A stretch of 64,000 nucleotides of DNA from IMG/VR virus record IMGVR_UViG_3300025724_000001, positions 32,001 through 96,000 of that record; one strand, 5' to 3'. The number at the start of each line of letters is the position of its first letter. Positions within the stretch are counted from its first letter, which is position 1. A program made the position numbers and the translations under genes. Shown in pieces: positions 21,601-31,869 of this stretch. This stretch comes from a virus (taxonomy: Duplodnaviria > Caudoviricetes). The notes below the pieces were generated by a model. It saw nothing but the letters and a program-made list of their open reading frames with translations, was not told the origin of the DNA and made no database searches.

Positions 21601-24600
21601 TTATTCAAGATAATTGGCCGACAAATCAACCAGAAACCGGAATAATACTTGAATGTGGCGCAAGAGATGGATGTTATTTTTACAGTAACTGGGTTGAAAA
21701 ATTCTCTACTGGATTTAGTTTGGGCACTACTGCAGCATCTTTAATTCAAGGTTTTAATGGTGTTTGGGTTTATTATAATGTATTTTGTAATTTGGGTTAT
21801 ACATCAGGTGGTGCTGGCGCGGGATTTTATGGTTATAATTTATCTACTGGTGTGACAATTCAGAATTTCAACATATTAAACAACGTCATACATAAAGTAA
21901 ATAACAGCGGGGGTTTGGGTATTGCATATGAATATTCCACACCAAATACATGGGTAAATACAAACATTAAAAATAACATAATATATAATGCATATAGCCC
22001 AATTCAGTTTAGAAATCAAATAGTAAATAGTGTATATATACATAATAATTTAACATATGGTGCAACAAGAACCATTGATAATTCCACATCATGGGGAAAT
22101 AGTACAATAATCACCAGAGAAATATTAAATAATCAAGAAGGTGTAGATCCGTTATTTACTTTGGTTGGAACTGATTTTACACTTACAAGTAATAGTCCTT
22201 GCATAAATACTGGTGTAGATGTAGGATTAATTGAAGATTTTACTGGACAACCGGTTAGTAGTCCACCAGAGATTGGGGCTTATGAATATGTGGTTGTTGT
22301 TTCACAAACACCAACAATCACACCAAGTATTTCTATTAGTAAAACACCGACTAGGACACCAAGTTTATCTGTGTCAAGAACACCTACTATATCATTGTCC
22401 AATACTCCGAGTATAACAATTAGTAGAACGCCAACTATAACGCCAACTATAACACCAACTACAACACCAAGCATAACAATAAGTGTTACTCCAAGTAGTA
22501 CTATTTTGACTGCACGATATGTTTCAAGTAGTGGAGATGATTCAAATGATGGATTAACCGAATCAACACCTTGGAGAACAATAACTAAGGTTAATAACGA
22601 GTTTTCTTCTTTATCGCCAGGAACTGGTATTTTATTTAAACGAGGTGATGTATTTTATGGTACATTAACTATTGGTAGATCAGGCACATTGGGTAATCCA
22701 ATAACGATAGGCTCATATGGTACTGGTTTTAAACCAATTATAGAAGGGTTTACAACGCTTAATTCATGGACGAGGGTTGGTACATCGTCAATATTTTATG
22801 CGTCAGCATCATTTAATATTAATCCAAATGTAGGACCACTAGTAACTATAGATGGTATGATAATAGAAAAGGGAAAATATCCAAATATGGGGTATAATAC
22901 AATTTCAACAGTAGTAACAAGTCCTGCACCACCGATTGGCAGTCCAGTGACGATTACTGATTCTTCTTTATCATCAACACCTAATTGGACGGGAGCTGAA
23001 ATTGTTATAAGATATGATAGATGGACATTAATTAGATCTATTATTACCGATCATTCTGGAACATCATTAACGTTTAACACACCGTATGCTAATTTACCAT
23101 ATACTGGATGGGGATATTTTATACAAAATCATATTGACACATTAAATGAATTGGGTGATTGGTATTATGATTCTGTGAATCAAAGGATATATATGCATTT
23201 TGGTTCAGGAACACCTGGGGAACATATTATACGGGCAACAACATTAGATCATACTGTTTATAATAATGGTTATTTAAGAAGGTTTATTATAATTGATGGT
23301 ATTCATTTTAGAGGTACAGCTGGAGATAATATTCATATATGGAATAATGTATCAAATATAGATATTAAAAAATGTCGAATAGAATATTCTGGTGGTAATG
23401 CTATCTATCAACATGGTGGTAGTGGTAGTATGATTGATAATAATGACATTTTATTTTCTAGTCATAATGCTGTTCATATATTATTCCCAAATACTACAAC
23501 AATAATCAATAATAGAATTTATTATACAGGACATTATCTTGGATATACTACCACTGGAGATACAGCTTGTTTTGTTGGAATTAAATGTGGATCATCATCT
23601 AATGGTAATAATCTCATTGAGAATAATAAAATATATAATACGGGTTATTTACCAATTAATTTTGGTGGTGCGGGTAGTATTGTTAGGAGAAATTATATAC
23701 ACACATATTGTTATAATAAAGATGATGGGGCGGGAATTTACATATTTAATGACAGATCAGGTGGGAAGTTAGTTGAAGAGAATATAGTATTAAATGCTGT
23801 TGGTGCTGGTGCAGGTACAAATAATCCTAATTCATCATCAGCGAATGGATTATATACTGATGGTGGAACTGCAAATGTTACATTTATAAGAAATATTGTT
23901 GGAAATGTAACCAGACAAGGTTATCATGGAAATCTTCCCGTAAATGTTACTTTAACAGGAAATACGTTCTTCCAATGTAGAGAATTAATGGGTTTATGGA
24001 AATTTGGTAATGCAGGATTTTGGGATGGAACTGGCACATTTATTACAGGATTAAATATTCAACATAATAAGTTTATTTCTACAGATCTTAATAGAAATTT
24101 AGCAAAGGGTATATTTTATGAAAATTCTACAACTGAGTTAAATGGTGCTGACATCTACGATGAAATAGAACGTTTGGGCGTTTGGAATAATAACTACTAT
24201 TATACTAATGAAGAGTGTTTTGTATATATAGCACATAATTTATATCAAACAAACGCACCATATAATCTAGAAAGATGGAAAAGTGATTTTGGACAAGATC
24301 TAAATTCAAGTGTGGTTGTTAGTGAAAATCAATATACATTAAATTCTATAGGTCCTAATTTGATTACAAATGGAACATTTACTTCTGGTATAACGGGTTG
24401 GACGGCTTCTTCATCAGATTTAACTCTTGACTGGTATTCACCAGGAATTGGCGATGGGGGTGCTTTAAGTTTAACAAGTACACAAAATAATTTTTATTAT
24501 TGGTGGTGGAATAATATTAATGCTGCTGTAGCACATATTATTGGGGGTGTCGTGAATAATTCAAAACATTATTTATTACGTTTTCTTGGTAGAAGTACAA

Positions 24601-27600
24601 TTAATAACAAAACATTATCATTTAGATTAAGAAATACTGGCACTGGTTTTGAAAAACAAAGATTTTTTACGGTTTATAATACTAATACACAAAAGGATGT
24701 TTTACTTAGTAATCCCGATGAAGTTACTACCGGGGCAACCTTGAGAATTGTTGCTTGTGATGATCCTGTGACAACATACTTGGATAATATTGGGTTATAT
24801 GAGGCGAATATTACTATAATTGATCCGTATGATTATTTACATTTTATTTATAATGAAACTGAGACTGTTAAATATTATCAATTATCAGCATCAATGGAAG
24901 ATGTTGATGGTACGATATATTCGGGAACCATTAGTTTACTTCCATGGACTGGTTTAGTTCTTATTGGTTTTGGAACTGTAACTGATGCACCGCCGCCTGA
25001 AACACCAACACCAAGTGTTAGTATTTCTTTAAGTAGAACTCCTACAATTAGCGTAACACCATCGATTTCAAGAACACCGTCGGTTTCGTTTAGTCTAACA
25101 CCAACAATTAGTGTAACGCCATCGATTTCGATAACACCAAGTAATACCCCACCATATCCATCTTCAGGTGTGTTGGGATATTGGAGAATGGATGAAAATA
25201 GTGGTAATTTAGAAGATGTTTTGGGTAGATGTCCAGCAATTCCATATTCAGATTATCCAATAATATACAATGTTGATGGTAAGATTAATACCGCAATTAA
25301 TTTTAGTGGTACTACTTGTGGTGCTCGCATTAGTGAAACGAATGCTCAAACATATTTGAATCCGAATGGTGATGAATATAGTATTCAAGCATGGGTAAAA
25401 TTAAATGAATTACCAAGTGTTTCCGGTAGAACTTGTACAATACTTAGAAGCTCACTCGCTACTGCACCTTGGGAAAATATTGTGGTTAGGGCTGATAGTT
25501 ATGATAGGTTCAGTATGAGGTTTACAGGACCAAGTGATAATAATTACGCATACACAACAGATAATTTAATTCAAGCTAATACATGGTATCATCTTGTATT
25601 TGTTATTTCTGGTATTGGAAAAAGACCAGTAATATATGTTAATAATACACCATATAGTGGTACAACAACACAGGGTGGTAATATTTGGAATGTTACCGGT
25701 ACTACTGCCGGTTATAACATTGGTGGTGCTTATAATGGTGTTCCATTGTCGTTTAATGGTGTTATTGATGAATTGTGTGTGTGGGGACGAGCAGTAACAC
25801 CCGAAGAGGTTTCTGCGTTGTATAATAATGGTAATGGCTTACCTTTTGATGGACAAATTTTACCATCAGTCACACCGACAATATCTATTAGTAGAACTCC
25901 TAGTATAACGCCTAGTATTTCATTCAGTAGAACACCAACTAGAACGCCTAGTTTATCAATTAGTAGAACACCGTCCAGAACGCCTAGTATAACACCTAGT
26001 AGTTCAGTTTTAACTGCTCGATACGTCTCAAGTAGTGGAAGTGACACAAATAATGGATTAACAGAATCCACACCATGGAGAACGTTAGATAAAGTTAATG
26101 CTGAGTTTTCGAATTTAAATCCTGGTACAGAAATATTATTAAAAAAGGGTGATTCGTTTTATGGTACACTTGTAATAACTAAAAGTGGTACAAGTGGATC
26201 TAATAGTCCGTTTGTGTTTGGTACTTACGGTGATGGTAATGATCCCATTATACATGGTTTTACTACAATAACTGATGGATGGACACATGTTGGTAATAAT
26301 GTTTATTCACATGATATAATTGCTGATGAGCAAACTAATATGGTTCTTGTTAATGGTGTTCAAGTACCAATGGGTAGATGGCCAAACGGAACAACATATA
26401 GAACTTATGAGTCGTTTAATGGTGCTAGTTCAATAACAGATAATACGTTATCAGAAGAAACGCCATACAATTGGGTTGGTGCTGAGGTCGTGATTAGAAT
26501 GACTTACTGGATATTGGGTAGGTTTACTATAACTGGTCATACTGGTAATACAATATCATATAGTGGTAATACAATTGATTATTTATATAACAATTTCGGA
26601 TATTTTATACAGAATGATATAAGAACACTTGATGTTGAAAATGAATGGTATCATGATCATGCTGCCGGTAAGTTTTATATATATGGTAATCCCGCAGGTA
26701 AAACAATTCAAATTGCAACAAAAACAAATATAATTCAAAATCATGGTGGTTATGATTATATAACACTTGAGAATCTTTCATTACAAGGATCAATTGGTGA
26801 TATTATTTCATTTGATGGTGGTAATTGGTATAACGCGGCCAATACAATAATACGAAACTGTATTTTAAAATTTGGCGGATCTCGTGGTATTGATATATAC
26901 GGTAGTAATGGTTTTATTGTAGATAATATTATTGAACAATGTAATGATAATGCCATACATATTGTATCTGGTAGTAATACGATTGTTACTGGAAACACAA
27001 TAACAAATATTGGATTACTGCTTGGTCAATCAAAGAGATTGTCTGCAAATGGAATATATAACGGTGGAACAAATTCATTAATTGATCATAATATTATAAA
27101 TAATATCGGATTAAATGGTATAACTGCTGGTAGTGGAACAAGTGGCATTGTTAAACATAATTTTATTAATAACTATTGTTTAACACTTACAGATGGTGGT
27201 GGAATTTATCACGGGCCTAGTAATCGCTCAATGCCATCTGATTATACAATAGAAAACAATATATGTCTTAATGGTTACGGGAATTATAATGGAACAACAA
27301 GTTCAAGTACCTATCTAGCTGAGGGTATATATCTTGATAGTTATTGTACTGGTCATACAGTACAATATAATATATGTGCACATAACGCAGGTAATGGTAT
27401 TAAACTTAGTTCCAGTCATGATAATATTTTACAATATAATTTGTGTTTTGATAATAAAGAAGCACAGTTATTCTCAAGTGGTTTTTGGTCAGAATATGCG
27501 ACATTATATAATAACACAATAAGATATAATCAGTTTATTGGAAAAGAAATAAATCATTATACATTAAAAGTTTATTTAACAATCGCAGATAATATTTCAA

Positions 27601-28964
27601 ATTATGGTATATCAAATTATAACTATTATGCGAGACCTATAAATCAAGGGTCGAATGATGTTATAATTAGAACAGGACAAAACAGTAATTGGGTTAATCG
27701 TACATTATCTGAATGGCGTTCGTATTCAAATCAGGATGCCAATTCAAACAATTCACTTGCAGGATCGGTGTCAAATTTGGATGATATTCATTTTATTTAT
27801 AATGAAACGGACGAAAATAAATATTATTCATTGTCAGCACCGATGAAAGATGTTGCAAATACAACATATTCGGGTATTATCACACTATCTCCATGGTCGG
27901 GATTAGTTCTTCTCGGGCCAGGAACCGTAACACTGGAGACATCACCAACAATTAGTAGCACACCAACTCCAACTAGAACAACTAGTGTGTCTATTACTAG
28001 AACACCGACAAGAACACCTAGTTTATCGTTTAGTAGGACACCAACTAGAACACCAAGTGTTTCAATAAGTAGGACACCATCAGTTTCATTATCAACACCA
28101 ACATCAAATTCGATTATTGCAGATCATAATATAGCAAAACTTTCTAATTTATTAGCAATTCCAAGTAGCGCGATAACCAATGCGAAGTCAAATCTTCACA
28201 TAGCATATGAACACACATCGCACGGTGAACAATTGGTTCAGGGTATGACCGGACTGGTTAATTGGAGAGGTTCGACATATTCATTTAATAATGGTGGGTC
28301 TGGTGGTGCGTTAGATTTAAGAGATCACGCAATTGCCCAAATGTTTAGTTGTTGGGGAATGGACCTTGGTAATACAAGATGTCCAAATAACGAACAATAT
28401 CATTTGTGGGCGGAAAACACTCGTACATATTTAGAGACTAATCCTGGTGTTAACGTTGTTATATGGTCTTGGTGTGGGCAAGTAAGTTATGCAACACAAG
28501 CTAATATTAACACTTATTTGACATTAATGAATCAATTGGAGATTGATTATCCATCAATTAAGTTTGTATATATGACAGGTCATGTTGATGGACAACCATT
28601 ATCAGGTACATTATTTACTAATAATACAATTATAAGAAATTATTGTATTAATAATAATAAAATATTATTTGATTTTGCAGATATTGAAAGTTATGATCCT
28701 GATGGTAATTATTATGCAGATAAGCGAGTAACAGATTGTTGTAATTATGATTATAATGGAGATGGTATTGTTAGTACTGATGGTGGTGATCCTGGATTAC
28801 CAACAAATGGAGATAGAAACTGGGCGTTAGACTGGCAAAACACACATCAGGTGAATGTTGATTGGTATAATTGTAACTCATCACATTCATATCCACTTAA
28901 TGCGAATATGAAAGCATATGCGGCATGGTGGTTATGGGCTAGATTGGGTGGTTGGAGTGGATAA
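18675..28964 (+). CDS. Giant (3429 aa) tail/baseplate protein: structural core, three beta-helix (pectin-lyase-like) domains, LamG domain, C-terminal SGNH-like hydrolase
   Basis: YYIDPSG / RYVSSSG.D.N.G...PW.T starts, Asn ladders, SPCINTG...EIGAYEY, YWRMDE...FNGVIDELCVWGRA (LamG), HTSHG...FDFADIES; S/T/P linkers between domains. Confidence 0.75.
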   Translation: MKKKKIILPKLRYENAPETDSQISIGFESDKSLLRGDDRDVVLNLSEQFTEERANCKRYKLYGKMRMVFRNLYAGATSYDYLRERLSLVSDGSDNNFCGYLPYNEFAFLRDDIYYETTESLSVTSLSGFTGFTMVTSGPTEHQTITSVTAPYHNWNLYTSYISGQVDNFPMKYTLSGRTKIEGENVITFTSGDGIPFRVEETEIHYVLTSPVRHGISRGEYILIDGRYYYVNSVGDNIFDSEHYVINILKSQLSGVTFNPLVIGKRCIDIKDTENSTSKYYVHKHTILTSLGDCIIDKVGFESPIWEDEKKVLYENSVGDNDVLVVRNRMEAVLFDSLEPFILTGITNNLGHTPIELYTTIIFRNGNGYFEYPPKVGYSFHMHDSWIDEHFDGSNSIETGLTSTSFTREGFVYPFFSGNSLSKGSELYGAFVEYNPKELKERIISESYHKIVSNKNIFNHGQDLDEVFSGASETNQIGLLYQPHHRFKLKELSPYIEIADDSTPIYNLPENAKYFPNEKLWRWRDVYEDGYIDPDGYGVDHPYLNNIHFVHKDINFYIRNEKIYKNKKDGVINFYRRKDVDECVDDSVIIKRGDAEIPEPSISVSPSVSLSVMPSITPTPTLSVSISITPSISMSSSQGTSSTPSPSLSLTRTPSVTRTPTITRTPTISLSAIPSQTPSVTPTQIYLQIYYIDPSGVDDASRSGGVGEEWATLSYATSRVTTPGSLIYVNAGTYYETSQSNLSAGVSIDGAGRTSCILSATTSLSYFVYAASSAGTNGNQSISNVTFDCNLLVDRGVRFAGRSNVTVHDCGIDNAIYYGLIFSDTTSRSVHVEPTYWATNNNIYNNYLVNCGGDRWNTNDSYWEAYGAIDISGQDGMLIYNNNIDNQTGGRYAYGIKGLSFGGYHKGLKIYNNKIRTNIRDNVGEQSFGFNLELWTGVGGIEIYDNDLNGAIDMGGYGYWDDYSYGFAMKVHHNTIIQDNWPTNQPETGIILECGARDGCYFYSNWVEKFSTGFSLGTTAASLIQGFNGVWVYYNVFCNLGYTSGGAGAGFYGYNLSTGVTIQNFNILNNVIHKVNNSGGLGIAYEYSTPNTWVNTNIKNNIIYNAYSPIQFRNQIVNSVYIHNNLTYGATRTIDNSTSWGNSTIITREILNNQEGVDPLFTLVGTDFTLTSNSPCINTGVDVGLIEDFTGQPVSSPPEIGAYEYVVVVSQTPTITPSISISKTPTRTPSLSVSRTPTISLSNTPSITISRTPTITPTITPTTTPSITISVTPSSTILTARYVSSSGDDSNDGLTESTPWRTITKVNNEFSSLSPGTGILFKRGDVFYGTLTIGRSGTLGNPITIGSYGTGFKPIIEGFTTLNSWTRVGTSSIFYASASFNINPNVGPLVTIDGMIIEKGKYPNMGYNTISTVVTSPAPPIGSPVTITDSSLSSTPNWTGAEIVIRYDRWTLIRSIITDHSGTSLTFNTPYANLPYTGWGYFIQNHIDTLNELGDWYYDSVNQRIYMHFGSGTPGEHIIRATTLDHTVYNNGYLRRFIIIDGIHFRGTAGDNIHIWNNVSNIDIKKCRIEYSGGNAIYQHGGSGSMIDNNDILFSSHNAVHILFPNTTTIINNRIYYTGHYLGYTTTGDTACFVGIKCGSSSNGNNLIENNKIYNTGYLPINFGGAGSIVRRNYIHTYCYNKDDGAGIYIFNDRSGGKLVEENIVLNAVGAGAGTNNPNSSSANGLYTDGGTANVTFIRNIVGNVTRQGYHGNLPVNVTLTGNTFFQCRELMGLWKFGNAGFWDGTGTFITGLNIQHNKFISTDLNRNLAKGIFYENSTTELNGADIYDEIERLGVWNNNYYYTNEECFVYIAHNLYQTNAPYNLERWKSDFGQDLNSSVVVSENQYTLNSIGPNLITNGTFTSGITGWTASSSDLTLDWYSPGIGDGGALSLTSTQNNFYYWWWNNINAAVAHIIGGVVNNSKHYLLRFLGRSTINNKTLSFRLRNTGTGFEKQRFFTVYNTNTQKDVLLSNPDEVTTGATLRIVACDDPVTTYLDNIGLYEANITIIDPYDYLHFIYNETETVKYYQLSASMEDVDGTIYSGTISLLPWTGLVLIGFGTVTDAPPPETPTPSVSISLSRTPTISVTPSISRTPSVSFSLTPTISVTPSISITPSNTPPYPSSGVLGYWRMDENSGNLEDVLGRCPAIPYSDYPIIYNVDGKINTAINFSGTTCGARISETNAQTYLNPNGDEYSIQAWVKLNELPSVSGRTCTILRSSLATAPWENIVVRADSYDRFSMRFTGPSDNNYAYTTDNLIQANTWYHLVFVISGIGKRPVIYVNNTPYSGTTTQGGNIWNVTGTTAGYNIGGAYNGVPLSFNGVIDELCVWGRAVTPEEVSALYNNGNGLPFDGQILPSVTPTISISRTPSITPSISFSRTPTRTPSLSISRTPSRTPSITPSSSVLTARYVSSSGSDTNNGLTESTPWRTLDKVNAEFSNLNPGTEILLKKGDSFYGTLVITKSGTSGSNSPFVFGTYGDGNDPIIHGFTTITDGWTHVGNNVYSHDIIADEQTNMVLVNGVQVPMGRWPNGTTYRTYESFNGASSITDNTLSEETPYNWVGAEVVIRMTYWILGRFTITGHTGNTISYSGNTIDYLYNNFGYFIQNDIRTLDVENEWYHDHAAGKFYIYGNPAGKTIQIATKTNIIQNHGGYDYITLENLSLQGSIGDIISFDGGNWYNAANTIIRNCILKFGGSRGIDIYGSNGFIVDNIIEQCNDNAIHIVSGSNTIVTGNTITNIGLLLGQSKRLSANGIYNGGTNSLIDHNIINNIGLNGITAGSGTSGIVKHNFINNYCLTLTDGGGIYHGPSNRSMPSDYTIENNICLNGYGNYNGTTSSSTYLAEGIYLDSYCTGHTVQYNICAHNAGNGIKLSSSHDNILQYNLCFDNKEAQLFSSGFWSEYATLYNNTIRYNQFIGKEINHYTLKVYLTIADNISNYGISNYNYYARPINQGSNDVIIRTGQNSNWVNRTLSEWRSYSNQDANSNNSLAGSVSNLDDIHFIYNETDENKYYSLSAPMKDVANTTYSGIITLSPWSGLVLLGPGTVTLETSPTISSTPTPTRTTSVSITRTPTRTPSLSFSRTPTRTPSVSISRTPSVSLSTPTSNSIIADHNIAKLSNLLAIPSSAITNAKSNLHIAYEHTSHGEQLVQGMTGLVNWRGSTYSFNNGGSGGALDLRDHAIAQMFSCWGMDLGNTRCPNNEQYHLWAENTRTYLETNPGVNVVIWSWCGQVSYATQANINTYLTLMNQLEIDYPSIKFVYMTGHVDGQPLSGTLFTNNTIIRNYCINNNKILFDFADIESYDPDGNYYADKRVTDCCNYDYNGDGIVSTDGGDPGLPTNGDRNWALDWQNTHQVNVDWYNCNSSHSYPLNANMKAYAAWWLWARLGGWSG

Positions 28965-28977
28965 TTAAATTAATTAA

Positions 28978-29793
28978 ATGGATATATTAAAAAGTAAATC
29001 GAATAGAAATATCCTTATTAGTGAGGAAACGAGGTTTGGGATTGACCTTGGATGGGAAGAGAATTTTCAAGAATTTGAACGTGAAACATTAAAATCTATT
29101 ATAAACCCAATAGATAATTTTGAAACTGTTCGTTATATTCATAATGAATATATTGGTATAAGTGGAATATCTCAAAATGATATTTGGTATCATTTTTATT
29201 TTTTTAATAGTGATAATCCACCAACATATTTTGGTGGTTTAAATTATGAGTATGTCGGGTTATCTCCTGAACAAAACTCAATAATAACAAAGTCGGAAAA
29301 CACTAGTTTTTTTAGCCTTGAATTTTATAAAGCACCGAGTGGTGAAATTATTGATAGTAATAATAGGAAATTAGTTTTCACAAAACACCTACCAATTCCA
29401 TTAGGTGAAAAAGTGTTTTATACACCAATAGGTCGGGAGATTTATTTACCAATTTTTACTGGAAACAATTATAGAAATAAAGAAAATATGTTTTTATTCT
29501 GGTTTCAAGATGATACAGTTTTGAAGGGTTCGATTTATAAAGGTGATACTTTTTACGTAACAGCAAAATATTATAATGCTATAGATGGTACGATATTAAG
29601 TTTTTTGAATTCACCTAAATCATATTATGATATTGTAAATGAATCTACAGACATTTATCATAGAATGGTGGTAGATAAAAATGATTATTCGTATATTGTT
29701 TATTCTGGAAATACTAGTGAAGAAAGAATAGGTTTAGACAATCAACCAGTATCATTTTATGCCTACGGATATTACACAAAATCTTTAATATAA
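28978..29793 (+). CDS. Structural hypothetical protein
   Basis: Within the tail module; Tyr/Phe-rich beta composition. Confidence 0.65.
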   Translation: MDILKSKSNRNILISEETRFGIDLGWEENFQEFERETLKSIINPIDNFETVRYIHNEYIGISGISQNDIWYHFYFFNSDNPPTYFGGLNYEYVGLSPEQNSIITKSENTSFFSLEFYKAPSGEIIDSNNRKLVFTKHLPIPLGEKVFYTPIGREIYLPIFTGNNYRNKENMFLFWFQDDTVLKGSIYKGDTFYVTAKYYNAIDGTILSFLNSPKSYYDIVNESTDIYHRMVVDKNDYSYIVYSGNTSEERIGLDNQPVSFYAYGYYTKSLI

Positions 29794-29795
29794 AA

Positions 29796-30905
29796 ATGAA
29801 AAAAGAAGTATATCAAATATTAAGAAAGACAATACCCGAAGTTGAATTGGTATCACTGGATAGTCAAAATTGGTATGATTCAAATCACAATTTAATTCCG
29901 TGGTCTGGTGGTACAAATTTGGCACCTCAAAATGGTGATGTCATTTATAATATAAAGGGTACTGTACAGATTGGTTGGTATATGTGGTCTGGAAATACAT
30001 GGATAACAATTAATAAATCACAAGCATATGATAGTTATCAAATACCAATATTTTTAGTAGATACAATTGATGAAATGGGTATTATGGTTGGTTTTGATGG
30101 GGAAATTGAACAGGTTGAACAGTTTTCTAATTTTACATATACCATAAATAATCAAACAATTACCATTTACAATACGGTTAACACAAATAAATTAAATACA
30201 CTAGTTGATTCCATATATACGATTTCATGGGGAGATGGTGAACCTGATAGTAATTTATTATCACCAACAATTTATGATACAGTATTACCAAATGTTACAC
30301 ACACATATGATGTTCCTGGTAATTATGTTATTGAAATTACCATTGACTCACCATGGAAAATAGAGAAATTAAAACGAACAATTGAGGTACCATTTAACGG
30401 AGCAATAATGCCTACAGATCTAGGTACATTACAATTCGAAATACCCTATTCTAATCCATTAATCATTGAAACTCAAGATTATTTACAGGATTACACTACG
30501 TTAACTGGTAACACAAATGATACAATAATATCTTTTATTGCAATAGGAAAAAGTCGAATTGATGAATTTAAATTATATGGTTTATCTGCTTATAGTGGTA
30601 TAACAATTACTTCTGAATATACGGGTTATACCATTGATGGGTTATATTATATGGATTATTCTGATGGGTACACATATATAACGGGAAACACATCGGATTA
30701 TAATCATGAAGAGGTATACAATGGAATGATAACTAGAAATGAACATTTAATTGGTTTTCTTGATCAGCCAGCGATATATTCTGATATTTTTGTGGAAAGG
30801 GGTAAACTTGGTGTTATGGAGCGGAATCTTAGACTAGGTGAAATTGATAACGTTGGTGAATTAGAAATATATGGGGGTGGGTTTTTTAAAGTGAAAAATC
30901 AATAA
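29796..30905 (+). CDS. Structural protein with PKD-like domain
   Basis: ISWGDG...HTYDVPGNYVIEITI PKD motif. Confidence 0.7.
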   Translation: MKKEVYQILRKTIPEVELVSLDSQNWYDSNHNLIPWSGGTNLAPQNGDVIYNIKGTVQIGWYMWSGNTWITINKSQAYDSYQIPIFLVDTIDEMGIMVGFDGEIEQVEQFSNFTYTINNQTITIYNTVNTNKLNTLVDSIYTISWGDGEPDSNLLSPTIYDTVLPNVTHTYDVPGNYVIEITIDSPWKIEKLKRTIEVPFNGAIMPTDLGTLQFEIPYSNPLIIETQDYLQDYTTLTGNTNDTIISFIAIGKSRIDEFKLYGLSAYSGITITSEYTGYTIDGLYYMDYSDGYTYITGNTSDYNHEEVYNGMITRNEHLIGFLDQPAIYSDIFVERGKLGVMERNLRLGEIDNVGELEIYGGGFFKVKNQ

Positions 30906-30910
30906 TTTCA

Positions 30911-30924
30911 TATTTATATAAATA
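30911..30924 (+). promoter_or_regulatory. Putative late promoter TATTTATA within palindrome TATTTATATAAATA
   Basis: Upstream of ATG 30937. Confidence 0.55.
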
Positions 30925-30936
30925 AAAGAGATAGAA

Positions 30937-31869
30937 ATGGCAATTGGATCTTATGGGACAATAAGGGCGGCTGACGTATCGCCAGAAGATGTAGAAATTT
31001 TATATCATTTTACACCCGATAGAAAAACTAGTTCACCTGTTACATTAAGAACATTGAACGCAACGTCAATTTTAACACCTGTTTTTCATAATGCAGAAAC
31101 GGCATTATCATCTGAATCTGATCGGCCACCTGTTGCAGATGTGGAAATTCTAGGTGGTATGTATAATTTAAAATTAGAGTCCGAAGATTTTTCTGATTTG
31201 GGATACTATACATTACATTTAAGACCAAAACAAATCAGAACTATTATTAGCGATTGTGGTGTGTTGGCATCATTACCATCGGTTAGGGGTCTTATAATTG
31301 ATATGTCTAATGTTGTTACGTCAGATAGAAATAAATTTTCACCACAAAATCTTGTTGGTTATCGTATAGAATATATTAATCCAACAGATAATAAAAAAAT
31401 TCCTAATTTTTATCGAATGATAACATCGAATTTTTATTGTGAACCAATTACAACTAATTTGGTAAATACAAGTCAAAAAGCTATTCGGTATAGGTATTCT
31501 GATAATGCAACGAATCTGATGTTTTTAACAATAACACCAAGCGCAGCTCCATCGACAAGACCGACAACAGTACCGTATATTGGCCAACCAAATCAAACGA
31601 TTATTATATCTAATACATATTTTAATCCGACAACGATTGAAATTGAGATGGTTGAACATGATATTTCAACGTTGGCGTATGCTCTTTATGGTAATCAGAG
31701 CAAGGCCATGTCAAGTGGTATTTACACCATTTATGATAAGGATAATAATATTTATAAACAATTTAATTTATACGAAATTAAAGACGAATTTAATGAAACA
31801 TTATATGAAATTAGAGAAAAAAGAGATGATATTGATGAATCATTAAATTTTGATACAATTACAGAATAA
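30937..31869 (+). CDS. Structural hypothetical protein
   Basis: Within the tail module; preceded by TATTTATA. Confidence 0.65.
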   Translation: MAIGSYGTIRAADVSPEDVEILYHFTPDRKTSSPVTLRTLNATSILTPVFHNAETALSSESDRPPVADVEILGGMYNLKLESEDFSDLGYYTLHLRPKQIRTIISDCGVLASLPSVRGLIIDMSNVVTSDRNKFSPQNLVGYRIEYINPTDNKKIPNFYRMITSNFYCEPITTNLVNTSQKAIRYRYSDNATNLMFLTITPSAAPSTRPTTVPYIGQPNQTIIISNTYFNPTTIEIEMVEHDISTLAYALYGNQSKAMSSGIYTIYDKDNNIYKQFNLYEIKDEFNETLYEIREKRDDIDESLNFDTITE

